Assembly (NCBI GenBank): GCA_040954595.2
Contig: CM082586.2
Coordinates: 11,687,337 to 11,751,336, forward strand
DNA from: Balanoglossus misakiensis
Taxonomy: Eukaryota > Animalia > Hemichordata
DNA: 64,000 nt
Reading direction: 5' to 3'
Shown here piece after piece: positions 11,001 through 26,200 of the stretch (position 1 is the first letter of the stretch; every line of letters begins with the position of its first letter). Made by a program: the position numbers and the translations under genes. The notes beneath the pieces are model-generated. The model saw only the letters and a program-made list of their open reading frames with translations, had not been told where the DNA came from and searched no databases.

Positions 11001-12799
11001 AATTTGGCTCACTGCAGACAAAATTGCGTTTTACCAAATTTTCCTTGAAAATGTCATTTTTAGAAAAAAAAATAAGAAAAACCTTTGTTCTTCGAATTTG
11101 GTGCCCTGATCATATATGACATGTTGATTGTATGTTAAAACTTTCGACCACTCCAAAAATGCAGAGATATTGACGGAATTCAAGAAAAAATAGCCATTTT
11201 GGCCATATTTTGACAAAAATGGTAAATTTTTAAAAAATCATAAAAAATTAACTCTTTTCTTCATTTTCGGAAATATTATGGAGCATGCAGTGTCGTTCTC
11301 TTGTAAAAAGTGCTGCAAATTCCAGAAAAGGCGGTATAATTTGAAACACCCAAGACAAAATTACCATTTTCGACTTTTTTTCGAAATATTGTTTTTTTAC
11401 AAAATAAATAAGAATAAATTCTTTTCTTAGTTCCAAACGGGTAGAGATACTTTCCACACGGATTTCTAACATTGAATTCCCGTTCATCAACTCAGATTTC
11501 CTACAAGTCGGCTAAAACCCTGACACTCTAGAACAGAAACAGTTGCACACTGGTAACGTTGAACAAGTCGATTTTTCTACGGCCTGGCTCGGCTAAATCT
11601 CCGTCACAATATGACAGACACTAGCGTAGGTTAGCAACGGTGATCAAGTCAGATTTTCTACGGCATGGCTTGGATAAAGCCCCGGCACTCCAGAGCAGAA
11701 ACACGCGTACAGAGACCACGCTGATCAAGTCTGATCTCCTACGGCTTGGTTCGACTAAAACCCCGGCACACTATGACAGACACTAGCGTTCGTTAGCAAC
11801 GTTGATGAAGTCAGATTTCCTACGGCATGGCTTGGCTAAAGCCCTGGCACTTTAGAGCAGAAACACGCGTACAGAAACCACGTTGATCTACTCACATTTC
11901 CTTCGGCCTGGCACGGCTGATGCCCCGGCAGTATATATAGGACACAGACTTGCGTAAGTTAACAACGGTAATCACGTCGGGTTTCCTACGGCCTGGCTCA
12001 GCTGAAGCCCCGGCACTCTAGAGCAGAAACAGGCGTACATTGACCACGTTGATCAAATCAGATTCCTACGGCGTGACTCGGCTGGTGCACTGGCTCTATA
12101 TGACACAGACTGGCGTAAGTTATCAACGGTGATTACGTCGGATTTCCTACGGCCTGGTTTAGCTGAAGCCCCGGCACTTTAGAGCGGAAACACGCGTACA
12201 TTGACCACGATGATCCAGTCAGATCTCCTACGGCCTGGCTCGACTAAAACCCCGGCAAACCATGACAGACACTAGCGTTCGTTAGCAACGGTGATCAAGT
12301 CGGATTTCCTTCGGCCTGGCTCTGCAAAACACCCGACACTCTAGTACAAAGACGTTGGCTAAGTCGGGCAAACCGAAGAGGGAAAGTCACAGCGGGTCAA
12401 CACTCGACATTTGTTCCGGTAGGACTACATTATTGCCTGTCAATTTATAGAGAAAGCCCGAATTTAACCAGGGCGTTTCAAACACCGACGTTAGTTGTGG
12501 GCACGGCCTGCAGTACTGCCGGGTAAGCTGACATCGGCGTACCGCATTTAATGTAGGGGGGGGGGGGAACAGAACGGTTCAATACTATATTTATTAGATA
12601 TCAGCTACTTTTGGACAATCATCTAAAATCTAAATCATTTTTTCATATTTGGATATCTGATGATGAATGAAATTTCCATTATATGTAAAAATGGTGCTGA
12701 TTATAAAAAATGCACTCTGAATGAGCTGATTTAATACAAAATTGCGTTTTATTCGTTTTTGCACCAAAAAGGTCATTTTTAGGGAAACATTCTTTATTC

Positions 12800-15700
12800 T
12801 TTAAATTCGGTGACCTGATCATATATAAACAATTGCTTGTATGTTAAAAGTTTTAATGACTTTTAAAAGCAGTGACACTGGCGGCATTCAACACGAAAAT
12901 AACAATTTTAGCCACAATTCGGTCAAAATGGTAAATTTTTGAAAATTACAAAAAATACCTGTTTTCTACATTTTCGGAAATCTGATGGAGTATAGAATGC
13001 TCTTCGTATACATATATCGATACAAATTCCACAAAAAACGGCCAATTTGGCTCACTGCAGACAAAATTGCGTTTTACCAAATTTTCCTTGAAAATGTCAT
13101 TTTTAGAAAAAAAAATAAAAAAAACCTTTGTTCTTCGAATTTGGTGCCCTGATCATATATGACATGTTGATTGTATGTTAAAACTTTCGACCACTCCAAA
13201 AATGCAGAGATATTGACGGAATTCAAGAAAAAATAGCCATTTTGGCCATATTTTGACAAAAATGGTAAATTTTTAAAAAATCATAAAAAATTAACTCTTT
13301 TCTTCATTTTCGGAAATATTATGGAGCATGCAGTGTCGTTCTCTTGTAAAAAGTGCTGCAAATTCCAGAAAAGGCGGTATAATTTGAATCACCCATGACA
13401 AAATTACCATTTTCGACTTTTTTTCGAAAAATTGTGATTTTTACAAAATAAATAAGAATAAATTATTTTCTTAGTTTCAAAAGGGTAGAGACACTTTCCA
13501 CACAATTTTTTTAACATTGAATTCCCATTCATCAACTCAGATTTCCTACAGCATAAGTCGGCTAAAACCCTGACACTCTAGAGCAGAAACAGTTGCACAA
13601 TGGTAACGTTGAACAAGTCGATTTTTCTACGGCCTGGCTCGGCTAAATCTCCGTCACAATATGACAGACACTAGCGCACGTTAGCAACGGTGATCAAGTC
13701 AGATTTTCTACGGCATGGCTGGGATAAAGCCCCGGCACTCTAGAGCAGAAACACGCGTACAGAGACCACGTTGATCAAGTCTGATCTCCTACGGCTTGGC
13801 TCGACTAAAACCCCGGCACACTATGACAGACACTAGCGTTCGTTAGCAACGTTGATCAAGTCAGATTTCCTACGGCATGGCTTGGCTAAAGCCCTGGCAC
13901 TCTAGAGCAGAAACACGCGTACAGAGACCACGTTGATCTACTCCCATTTCCTTCGGCCTGGCACAGCTGATGCCCCGGCACTATATATAGGACACAGACT
14001 GGCGTAAGTTAACAACGGTAATCACGTCGGGTTTCCTACGGCCTGGCTCAGCTGAAGCCCCGGCACTCTAGAGCAGAAACAGGCGTACATTGACCACGTT
14101 GATCAAGTCAGATGTCCTACGGCGTGACTCCGCTGGTGCACCGGCTCTATATGACACAGACTGGCGTAAGTTATCAACGGTGATTACGTCGGATTTCCTA
14201 CGGCCTGGTTTAGCTCAAGCCCCGGCACTTTAGAGCGGAAACACGCTTACATTGACCACGATGATCAAATCAGATCTCCTACGGCTTGGCTCGACTAAAA
14301 CCCCGGCACACTATGACAGACACTAGCGTTCGTTAGCAACGTTGATCAAGTCAGATTTCCTACGGCATGACTTGGCTAAAGCCCTGGCATTCTAGAGCAG
14401 AAACACGCGTACAGAGACCATATTGATCTACTCACATTTCCTTAGGCCTGGCACGGCTGATGCCCCGCACTATATATAGGACACAGACTGGCGTAAGTTA
14501 ACAACGGTAATCACGTCGGGTTTCCTACGGCCTGGATCAGCTGAAGCCCCGGCACTCTAGAGCAGAAACAGGCGTACATTGACCACGTTGATCAAGTCAG
14601 ATTTCCTACGGCCTGGTTCGACTAAAACCCCGGCACACCATGACAGACAATAGCGTTCGTTAGCAACGGTGATCAAGTCGGATTTCCTTCGGCCTGGCTC
14701 GGCAAAAGACCCGACCCTCTAGTACAAAGACGTTGGCTAAGTCGGGCAAACCGAAGAGGGAAAGTCACAGCGGGTCAACACTCGACATTTGTTCGGGTAG
14801 GACTGCATTATTGCCTGTTAATTTATAGAGAAAGCCCGAATTTAACCAGGGCGCTTCAAACACCGACGTTAGTTGGGGGCACGGCCTGCAGTACTGCCGG
14901 GTAAGGTGACATCGGCGTACCGCATATAATGTAGGGGGGGGGGGGAGAAACAGAACGGTTCAATACTACATTTATCAGATATCAGCTAATTTTGGACAAT
15001 CATCAAAAATCTAAATCATCTTTTCATATTTGGATATCTGATGATGTATGAAATTTCCATTAAATGTAAAAATGGTGCTGATTATAAAAATGCACTCTGA
15101 ATGAGCTGATTTAATACAAAATTGCGTTTTATTCGTTTTTGCACCAAAAAGGTCATTTTTAGGCAAAACATTCTTTATTTTTTTAATTCGGTGACCTGAT
15201 CATATATAAACAATTGCTTGTATGTTAAAAGTTTATATGACTTTTAAAAGCAGTGACACTGGCGGCATTCAACACGAAAATAACAATTTTAGCCACAATT
15301 TGGTCAAAATGGTAAATTTTTGAAAATTACAAAAAATACCTGTTTTCTACATTTTTGGAAATCTGATTGAGTATAGAATGCTCTTCGTATGTATATATCG
15401 ATACAAATTCCACAAAAGACCGTCTAATTTGGCTCACTGCAGACAAAATTGCGTTTTACCAAATTTTCCTTGAAAATGTCATTTTTAGAAAAAAAAATAA
15501 AAAAACCTTTGTTCTTCAAATGTGGTGCCCTGATCATATATGACATGTTGATTGTATGTTAAAACTTTCGACCACTCCAAAAATGCAGAGATATTGACGG
15601 AATTCAAGAAAAAATAGCCATTTTGGCCATATTTTGACAAAAATGGTAAATTTTTAAAAAATCATAAAAAATTAACTATTTTCTTCATTTTCGGAAATAT

Positions 15701-18700
15701 TATGGAGCATGAAGTGTCGTTCTCTTGTAAAAAGTGCTGCAAATTCCAGAAAAGGTGGTATAATTTGAATCACCCAAGACAAAATTACCATTTTCGACTT
15801 TTTTTCGAAAAATTGTCTTTTTAACAAAATAAATAAGAATAAATTCTTTTCTTAGTTTCAAACGGGAAGAGATACTTTCCACACGGGTTTTCTAACATTG
15901 AATTCCAGTTCATCAACTCAGATTTCCTACAGCATAAGTCGGCTAAAACCCTGACACTCTAGAGCAGAAACAGTTGCACACTGGTAACGTTGAACAAGTC
16001 GATTTTTCTACGGCCTGGCTCGGCTAAATCTCCGTCACAATATGACAGACACTAGCGTACGTTAGCAACGGTGATCAAGTCAGATTTTCTACGGCATGGC
16101 TTGGATAAAGCCCCGGCACTCTAGAGCAGAAACACGCGTACAGAGACCACGTTGATGAAGTCTGATCTCCTACGGCTTGGCTCGACTAAAACCCCGGCAC
16201 ACCATGACAGACACTAGCGTTCGTTAGCAACGGTGATCAAGTCGGATTTCCTTCGGCCTGGCTCTGCAAAAGACCCGACACATTAGTACAAAGACGTTGG
16301 CTAAGTCGGGCAAACCGAAGAGGGAAAGTCACAGCGGGTCAACACTCGACATTTGTTCGGGTAGGACTGCATTATTGCCTGTCAATTTATAGAGAAAGCC
16401 CGAATTTAACCAGGGCGTTTCAAACACCGACGTTATTTGGGGGCACGGCCTGCAGTACTGCCGGGTAAGCTGACATCGGCGTACCGCATATAATGTAGGG
16501 GGGGGACAGAACGGTTCAATACTACATTTATTAGATATCAGCTAATTTTGGACAATCATCTAAAATCTAAATCATTTTTTCATATTTGGATATCTGATGA
16601 TGTATGAAATTTTCAATATATGTAAAAATGGTGCTGATTATAAAAAATGCACTCTGAATGAGCTGATTTAATACAAAATTGCGTTTTATTCGTTTTTGCA
16701 CCAAAAAGGTCATTTTCAGTCAAAACATTCTTTATTTTTTTTAATTCGGTGGCCTGATCATATATAAACAATTGCTTGTATGTTAAAAGTTTTAATGACT
16801 TTTAAAAGCAGTGACACTGGCGGCATTCAACACGAAAATAACAATTTTAGCCACAATTCGGTCAAAATGGTAAATTTTTGAAAATTACAAAAAATACCTG
16901 TTTTCTACATTTTCGGAAATCTGATGGAGTATAGAATGCTCTTCGTATACATATATCGATACAAATTCCACAAAAAACGGCCAATTTGGCTCACTGCAGA
17001 CAAAATTGCGTTTTACCAAATTTTCCTTGAAAATGTCATTTTTAGAAAAAAAAATAAAAAAAACCTTTGTTCTTCGAATTTGGTGCCCTGATCATATATG
17101 ACATGTTGATTGTATGTTAAAACTTTAGACCACTCCAAAAATGCAGAGATATTGACGGAATTCAAGAAAAAATAGCCATTTTGGCCATATTTTGACAAAA
17201 ATGGTAAATTTTTAAAAAATCATAAAAAATTAACTCTTTTCTTCATTTTCGGAAATATTATGGAGCATGCAGTGTCGTTCTCTTGTAAAAAGTGCTGCAA
17301 ATTCCAGAAAAGGCGGTATAATTTGAATCACCCATGACAAAATTACCATTTTCGACTTTTTTTCGAAAAATTGTGATTTTTACAAAATAAATAAGAATAA
17401 ATTATTTTCTTAGTTTCAAAAGGGTAGAGACACTTTCCACACAATTTTTTTAACATTGAATTCCCATTCATCAACTCAGATTTCCTACAGCATAAGTCGG
17501 CTAAAACCCTGACACTCTAGAGCAGAAACAGTTGCACAATGGTAACGTTGAACAAGTCGATTTTTCTACGGCCTGGCTCGGCTAAATCTCCGTCACAATA
17601 TGACAGACACTAGCGCACGTTAGCAACGGTGATCAAGTCAGATTTTCTACGGCATGGCTGGGATAAAGCCCCGGCACTCTAGAGCAGAAACACGCGTACA
17701 GAGACCACGTTGATCAAGTCTGATCTCCTACGGCTTGGCTCGACTAAAACCCCGGCACACTATGACAGACACTAGCGTTCGTTAGCAACGTTGATCAAGT
17801 CAGATTTCCTACGGCATGGCTTGGCTAAAGCCCTGGCACTCTAGAGCAGAAACACGCGTACAGAGACCACGTTGATCTACTCCCATTTCCTTCGGACTGG
17901 CACAGCTGATGCCCCGGCACTATATATAGGACACAGACTGGCGTAAGTTAACAACGGTAATCACGTCGGGTTTCCTACGGCCTGGCTCAGCTGAAGCCCC
18001 GGCACTCTAGAGCAGAAACAGGCGTACATTGACCACGTTGATCAAGTCAGATGTCCTACGGCGTGACTCCGCTGGTGCACCGGCTCTATATGACACAGAC
18101 TGGCGTAAGTTATCAACGGTGATTACGTCGGATTTCCTACGGCCTGGTTTAGCTCAAGCCCCGGCACTTTAGAGCGGAAACACGCTTACATTGACCACGA
18201 TGATCAAGTCAGATCTCCTACGGCTTGGCTCGACTAAAACCCCGGCACACTATGACAGACACTAGCGTTCGTTAGCAACGTTGATCAAGTCAGATTTCCT
18301 ACGGCATGGCTTGGCTAAAGCCCTGGCATTCTAGAGCAGAAACACGCGTACAGAGACCATATTGATCTACTCACATTTCCTTAGGCCTGGCACGGCTGAT
18401 GCCCCGCACTATATATAGGACACAGACTGGCGTAAGTTAACAACGGTAATCACGTCGGGTTTCCTACGGCCTGGATCAGCTGAAGCCCCGGCACTCTAGA
18501 GCAGAAACAGGCGTACATTGACCACGTTGATCAAGTCAGATTTCCTACGGCCTGGTTCGACTAAAACCCCGGCACACCATGACAGACAATAGCGTTCGTT
18601 AGCAACGGTGATCAAGTCGGATTTCCTTCGGCCTGGCTCGGCAAAAGACCCGACCCTCTAGTACAAAGACGTTGGCTAAGTCGGGCAAACCGAAGAGGGA

Positions 18701-20200
18701 AAGTCACAGCGGGTCAACACTCGACATTTGTTCGGGTAGGACTGCATTATTGCCTGTTAATTTATAGAGAAAGCCCGAATTTAACCAGGGCGCTTCAAAC
18801 ACCGACGTTAGTTGGGGGCACGGCCTGCAGTACTGCCGGGTAAGGTGACATCGGCGTACCGCATATAATGTAGGGGGGGGGGGGGAGAAACAGAACGGTT
18901 CAATACTACATTTATCAGATATCAGCTAATTTTGGACAATCATCTAAAATCTAAATCATCTTTTCATATTTGGATATCTGATGATGTATGAAATTTCCAT
19001 TATATGTAAAAATGGTGCTGATTATAAAAATGCACTCTGAATGAGCTGATTTAATACAAAATTGCGTTTTATTCGTTTTTGCACCAAAAAGGTCATTTTT
19101 AGGCAAAACATTCTTTATTTTTTTAATTCGGTGACCTGATCATATATAAACAATTGCTTGTATGTTAAAAGTTTTTATGACTTTTAAAAGCAGTGACACT
19201 GGCGGCATTCAACACGAAAATAACAATTTTAGCCACAATTTGGTCAAAATGGTAAATTTTTGAAAATTACAAAAAATACCTGTTTTCTACATTTTTGGAA
19301 ATCTGATGGAGTATAGAATGCTCTTCGTATGTATATATCGATACAAATTCCACAAAAGACCGTCTAATTTGGCTCACTGCAGACAAAATTGCGTTTTACC
19401 AAATTTTCCTTGAAAATGTCATTTTTAGAAAAAAAAATAAAAAAAACCTTTGTTCTTCAAATGTGGTGCCCTGATCATATATGACATGTTGATTGTATGT
19501 TAAAACTTTCGACCACTCCAAAAATGCAGAGATATTGACGGAATTCAAGAAAAAATAGCCATTTTGGCCATATTTTGACAAAAATGGTAAATTTTTAAAA
19601 AATCATAAAAAATTAACTATTTTCTTCATTTTCGGAAATATTATGGAGCATGAAGTGTCGTTCTCTTGTAAAAAGTGCTGCAAATTCCAGAAAAGGTGGT
19701 ATAATTTGAATCACCCAAGACAAAATTACCATTTTCGACTTTTTTTCGAAAAATTGTCTTTTTAACAAAATAAATAAGAATAAATTCTTTTCTTAGTTTC
19801 AAACGGGAAGAGATACTTTCCACACGGGTTTTCTAACATTGAATTCCAGTTCATCAACTCAGATTTCCTACAGCATAAGTCGGCTAAAACCCTGACACTC
19901 TAGAGCAGAAACAGTTGCACACTGGTAACGTTGAACAAGTCGATTTTTCTACGGCCTGGCTCGGCTAAATCTCCGTCACAATATGACAGACACTAGCGTA
20001 CGTTAGCAACGGTGATCAAGTCAGATTTTCTACGGCATGGCTTGGATAAAGCCCCGGCACTCTAGAGCAGAAACACGCGTACAGAGACCACGTTGATGAA
20101 GTCTGATCTCCTACGGCTTGGCTCGACTAAAACCCCGGCACACCATGACAGACACTAGCGTTCGTTAGCAACGGTGATCAAGTCGGATTTCCTTCGGCCT
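12800..20200. repeat. Two-unit higher-order repeat (long ~2.38 kb + short ~1.56 kb unit) duplicated, period ~3940 bp
   Basis: Unit lengths 2379, 1563, 2376, 1565. ORF pairs 13074/17013 and 15700/19641. Shared variants such as GTAAGGTGAC (~14900, ~18840) and ACGCTTACA. Boundaries approximate. Confidence 0.88.
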
Positions 20201-23200
20201 GGCTCTGCAAAAGACCCGACACTCTAGTACAAAGACGTCGGCTAAGTCGGGCAAACCGAAGAGGGAAAGTCACAGCGTGTCAACACTCGACATTTGTTCG
20301 GGTAGGACTGCATTATTGCCTGTCAATTTATAGAGAAAGCCCGAATTTAACCAGGGCGTTTCAAACACCGACGTTAGGTGGGGGCACGGCCTGCAGTACT
20401 GCCGGGTAAGCTGACATCGGCGTACCGCATATAATTTAGGGGAGGGGGGGGGGGAACAGAACGGTTCAATACTACATTTATTAGATATCAGCTAATTTTG
20501 GACAATCATCTAAAATCTAAATCATTTTTTCATATTTGGATATCTGGTGATGTATGAAATTTCCATTATATGTAAAAATGGTGCTGATTATAAAAAAATG
20601 CACTCTGAATGAGGTTATTTAATACAAAATTGCGTTTTATTCGTTTTTGCGCCAAAAAGGTCATTTTTAGGCCAAACATTCTTTATTTTTTTTAATTCGG
20701 TGACCTGATCATATATAAACAATTGCTTGTATGTTAAAAGTTTTTATGACTTTTAAAAGCAGTGACACTGGCGGCATTCAACACGAAAATAACAATTTTA
20801 ACCACAATTTGGTCAAAATGGTAAATTTTTGAAAATTACAAAAAATACCTGTTTTCTACATTTTCGGAAATCTGATGGAGTATAGAATGCTCTTCGTATA
20901 TATATATCGATACAAATTTCACAAAAGACCGTCTAATTTGGCTTACTGCAGACAAAATTGCGTTTTACCAAATTTTCCTTGAAAATGTCATTTTTAGAAA
21001 AATAAAATAAAAAAACCTTCGTTCTTCGAATTTGGTGCCCTGATCATATATGACATGTTGATTGTATGTTAAAACTTTCCACCACTCCAAAAATGCAGAG
21101 ATATTGACGGAATTCAAGAAAAAATAGCCATTTTGGCCATATTTTGACAAAATGGTACATTTTTAAAAAATCATAAAAAATAAACTCTTTTCTTCATTTT
21201 CGGAAATATTATGGAGCATGAAGTGTCGTTCTCTTGTAAAAAGTGCTGCAAATTCCAGAAAATGTGGTATAATTTGAATCACCCAAGACAAAATTACCAT
21301 TTTCGACTTGTTTTCGAAAAATTGTCTGTTTTAAAAAATAAATAAGAATAAATTCTTTTCTTAGTTTCAAACGGGTAGAGATACTTTCCACACGGGTTTT
21401 CTAACATTGAATTCCCGTTCATCAACTCAGATTTCCTACAGCATAGGTCGGCTAAAACCCTGACACTCTAGAGCAGAAACAGTTGCACACTGATAACGTT
21501 GAACAAGTCGATTTTTCTACGGCCTGGCTCGGCTAAATCTCGTCACAATATGACAGACACTAGCGTACGTTAGCAACGGTGATCAAGTCAGATATTCAAC
21601 GGCATGGGTTGGATAAAGCCCCGGCACTCTAGAGCAGAAACACGCGTACAGAGACCACGTTGATCAAGTCTGATCTCCTACGGCTTGGCTCGACTAAAAC
21701 CCCGGCACACTATGACAGACACTAGCGTTCGTTAGCAACGTTGATCAAGTCAGATTTCCTACGGCATGGCTTTGCTAAAGCCCTGACACTCTAGAGCAGA
21801 AACACGCGTACAGAGACCACGTTGATCTACTCACATTTCCTTCGGCCTGGCACGGCTGATGCCCCGGCACTATGTATAGGACACAGACTGGCGTAAGTTA
21901 ACAACGGTAATCACGTCGGGTTTCCTACGGCCTGGCTCAGCTGAAGCCCCGGCACTCTAGAGCAGAAACAGGCGAACATTGACCACGTTGATCAAGTAAG
22001 ATTTCCTACGGCGTGACTCGGCTGGTGCACCGGCTCTATATGACACAGACTGGCGTAAGTTATCAACGGTGATTACGTCGGATTTCCTACGGCATGGTTT
22101 AGCTAAAGCCCCGGCACTTTAGAGCAGAAACAGGCGTACATTGACCACGTTGATCAAGTCAGATTTCCTACGGCGTGACTCGGCTGGTGCACCGGCTCTA
22201 TATGACACAGACTGGCGTAAGTTAGCAACGGTGATTACGTCGGATTTCCTTCGGCCTGGTTTAGCTGAAGCCCCGGCACTTTAGAGCGGAAACACGCGTA
22301 CAGAGACCACGATGATCAAGTCAGATTTCCTACGGCGTGACTCGGCTGGTGCACCGGCTCTATATGACACAGACTGGCGTAAGTTATCAACGGTGATTAC
22401 GTCGGATTTCCTACGGCCTGGTTTAGCTGAAGCCCCGGCACTTTAGAGCGGAAACACGCGTACATTGACCACGTTGATCAAATCAGATTCCTACGGCGTG
22501 ACTCGGCTGGTGCACCGGCTCTATATGACACAGACTGGCGTAAGTTATCAACGGTGATTACGTCGGATTTCCTACGGCCTGGTTTAGCTGAAGCCCCGGC
22601 ACTTTAGAGCGGAAACACGCGTACATTGACCACGATGATCCAGTCAGATCTTCTACGGCCTGGCTCGACTAAAACCCTGGCACACCATGACAGACACTAG
22701 CGTTCGTTAGCAACGGTGATCAAGTCGGATTTCCTTCGGCCTGGCTCTGCAAAAGACCCGACACTCTAGTACAAAGACGTTGGCTAAGTTGGGCAAACCG
22801 AAGAGGGGAAGTCACAGCAGGTCAACACTCGACATTTGTTCCGGTAGGACTACATTATTGCCTGTCAATTTATAGAGAAAGCCCGAATTTAACCAGGGCG
22901 TTTCAAACACCGACGTTAGTTGTGGGCACGGCCTGCAGTACTGACGGGTAAGCTGACATCGGCGTACCGCATGTAATGTAGGGGGGGGGGGGGGGGGAAC
23001 AGAACGGTTCAATACTACATTTATTAGATATCAGCTACTTTTGGACAATCATCTAAAATCTAAATCATTTTTTTCATATTTGGATATCTGATGATGTATG
23101 AAATTTCCATTATATGTAAAAATGGTGCTGATTATAAAAAATGCACTCTGAATGAACTGATTTAATACAAAATTGCGTTTTATTCGTTTTTGCACCAAAA

Positions 23201-26200
23201 AGGTCATTTTTAGGGAAAATATTCTTTATTCTTTAAATTCGTTGACCTGATCATATATAAACAATTGCTTGTGTGTTAAAAGTTTTAATGACTTTTAAAA
23301 GCAGTGACACTGGCGGCATTCAACACGAAAATAACAATTTTAGCCACAATTCGGTCAAAATGGTAAATTTTTGAAAATTACAAAAAATACCTGTTTTCTA
23401 CATTTTCGGAAATCTGATGGAGTATAGAATGCTCTTCGTATACATATATCGATACAAATTCCACAAAAAAAACGGCCAATTTGGCTCACTGCAGACAAAA
23501 TTGCGTTTTACCAAATTTTCCTTGAAAATGTCATTTTTAGAAAAAAAAATAAAAAAAAACCTTTGTTCTTCGAATTTGGTGCCCTGATCATATATGACAT
23601 GTTGATTGTATGTTAAAACTTTGGACCACTCCAAAAATGCAGAGATATTGACGGAATTCAAGAAAAAATAGCCATTTTGGCCATATTTTGACAAAAATTG
23701 TAAATTTTTAAAAAATCATAAAAAATTAACTCTTTTCTTCATTTTCGGAAATATTATGGAGCATGAAGTGTCGTTCTCTTGTAAAAAGTGCTGCAAATTC
23801 CAGAAAAGGCGGTATAATTTGAATCACCCATGACAAAATTACCATTTTCGACTTTTTTTCGAAAAATTGTGATTTTTACAAAATAAATAAGAATAAATTA
23901 TTTTCTTAGTTTCAAAAGGGTAGAGACACTTTCCACACAGGTTTTTTAACATTGAATTCCCATTCATCAACTCAGATTTCCTACAGCATAAGTCGGCTAA
24001 AACCCTGACACTCTAGAGCAGAAACAGTTGCACACTGGTAACGTTGAACAAGTCGATTTTTCTACGGCCTGGCTCGGCTAAATCTCCGTCACAATATGAC
24101 AGACACTAGCGCACGTTAGCAACGGTGATCAAGTCAGATTTTCTACGGCATGGCTGGGATAAAGCCCCGGCACTCTAGAGCAGAAACACGCGTACAGAGA
24201 CCACGTTGATCAAGTCTGATCTCCTACGGCTTGGCTCGACTAAAACCCCGGCACACTATGACAGACACTAGCGTTCGTTAGCAACGTTGATCAAGTCAGA
24301 TTTCCTACGGCATGGCTTGGCTAAAGCCCTGGCACTCTAGAGCAGAAACACGCGTACAGAGACCACGTTGATCTACTCCCATTTCCTTCGGCCTGGCACA
24401 GCTGATGCCCCGGCACTATATATAGGACACAGACTGGCGTAAGTTAAAAACGGTAATCACGTCGGGTTTCCTACGGCCTGGCTCAGCTGAAGCCCCGGCA
24501 CTCTAGAGCAGAAACAGGCGTACATTGACCACGTTGATCAAGTCAGATGTCCTACGGCGTGACTCCGCTGGTGCACCGGCTCTATATGACACAGACTGGC
24601 ATAAGTTATCAACGGTGATTACGTCGGATTTCCTACGGCCTGGTTTAGCTCAAGCCCCGGCACTTTAGAGCGGAAACACGCGTACATTGACCACGATGAT
24701 CAAGTCAGATCTCCTACGGCTTGGCTCGACTAAAACCCCGGCACACCATGACAGACACTAGCGTTCGTTAGCAACGGTGATTAAGTCGGATTTCCTTCGG
24801 CCTGGCTCTGCAAAAGACCCGTCACTCTAGTACAAAGACGTTGGCTAAGTCGGGCAAACCGAACAGGGAAAGTCACAGCGGTTCAACACTTGACATTTGT
24901 TCCGGTAGGACTGCATTATTGCCTGTCGATTTATAGAGAGAGCCCGAATTTAACCAGGGCGTTTCAAACACCGACGTTTGTTGGGGGCACGGCCTACAGT
25001 ACTGCCGGGTAAGCTGACATCGGCGTACCGCATATAATGTAAGGAGGGGGGGGGGGACAGAACGGTTCAATACTACATTTATTAGATATCAGCTAATTTT
25101 GGACAATCATCTAAAATCTAAATCATTTTTTCATATTTGGATATCTGATGATGTATGAAATTTCCATTATATGTAAAAATGGTGCTTATTATAAAACATG
25201 CACTCTGAATGAACTGATTTAATACAAGATTGCGTTTTATTCGTTTTTGCACCAAAAAGGTCATTTTAGGCAAAACATTCTTTATTTTTTTAATTCGGTG
25301 ACCTGATCATATATAAACAATTGCTTGTATGTTAAAAGTTTTTATGACTTTTAAAAGCAGTGACACTGGCGGCATTCATCACGAAAATAACAATTTTAGC
25401 CACAATTTGGTCAAAATGGTAAATTTTTGAAATTTACAAAAAATACCTGTTTTCTACATTTTCGGAAATCTGATGGAGTGTAGAATGCTCTTCGTATGTA
25501 TATATCGATACAAATTCCACAAAAGACCGTCTAATTTGGCTCACTGCAGACAAAATTGCGTTTTACCAAATTTTCCTTGAAAATGTCATTTTTAGAAAAA
25601 AAAAAAAAAAAAACCTTTGTTCTTCGAATTTGGTTCCCTGATCATATATGACATGTTGATTGTATGTTAAAACTCTCGACCACTCCAAAAATGCTGAGAT
25701 ATTGACGGAATTCAAGAAAAATAGCCATTTTGGCCATATTTTGACAAAAATGGTAAATTTTTGAAAAATCATAAAAAATTAACTCTTTTCTTCATTTTCG
25801 GAAATATTATGGAGCATGAAGTGTCGTTCTCTTGTAAAAAGTGCTGCAAATTCCAGAAAAGGCGGTATAATTTGAATCACCCAAGACAAAATTGCAATTT
25901 TTCGACTTTTTTTCGAAAAATTGTCTTTTTTACAAAATAAATAAGAATAAATTCTTTTCTTAGTTTCAAACGGGTAGAGATACTTTCCACACGGGTTTTC
26001 TAACATTGAATTCTCGTTCATCAACTCAGATTTCCTACAGCATAAGTCGGCTAAAACCCTGGCACTCTAGAGCAGAAACAGTTGCACACTGGTAACGTTG
26101 AACAAGTCGATTTTTCTACGGCCTGGCTCGGCTAAATCTCCGTCACAATATGACAGACACTAGCGCACGTTAGCAACGGTGATCAAGTCAGATTTTCTAC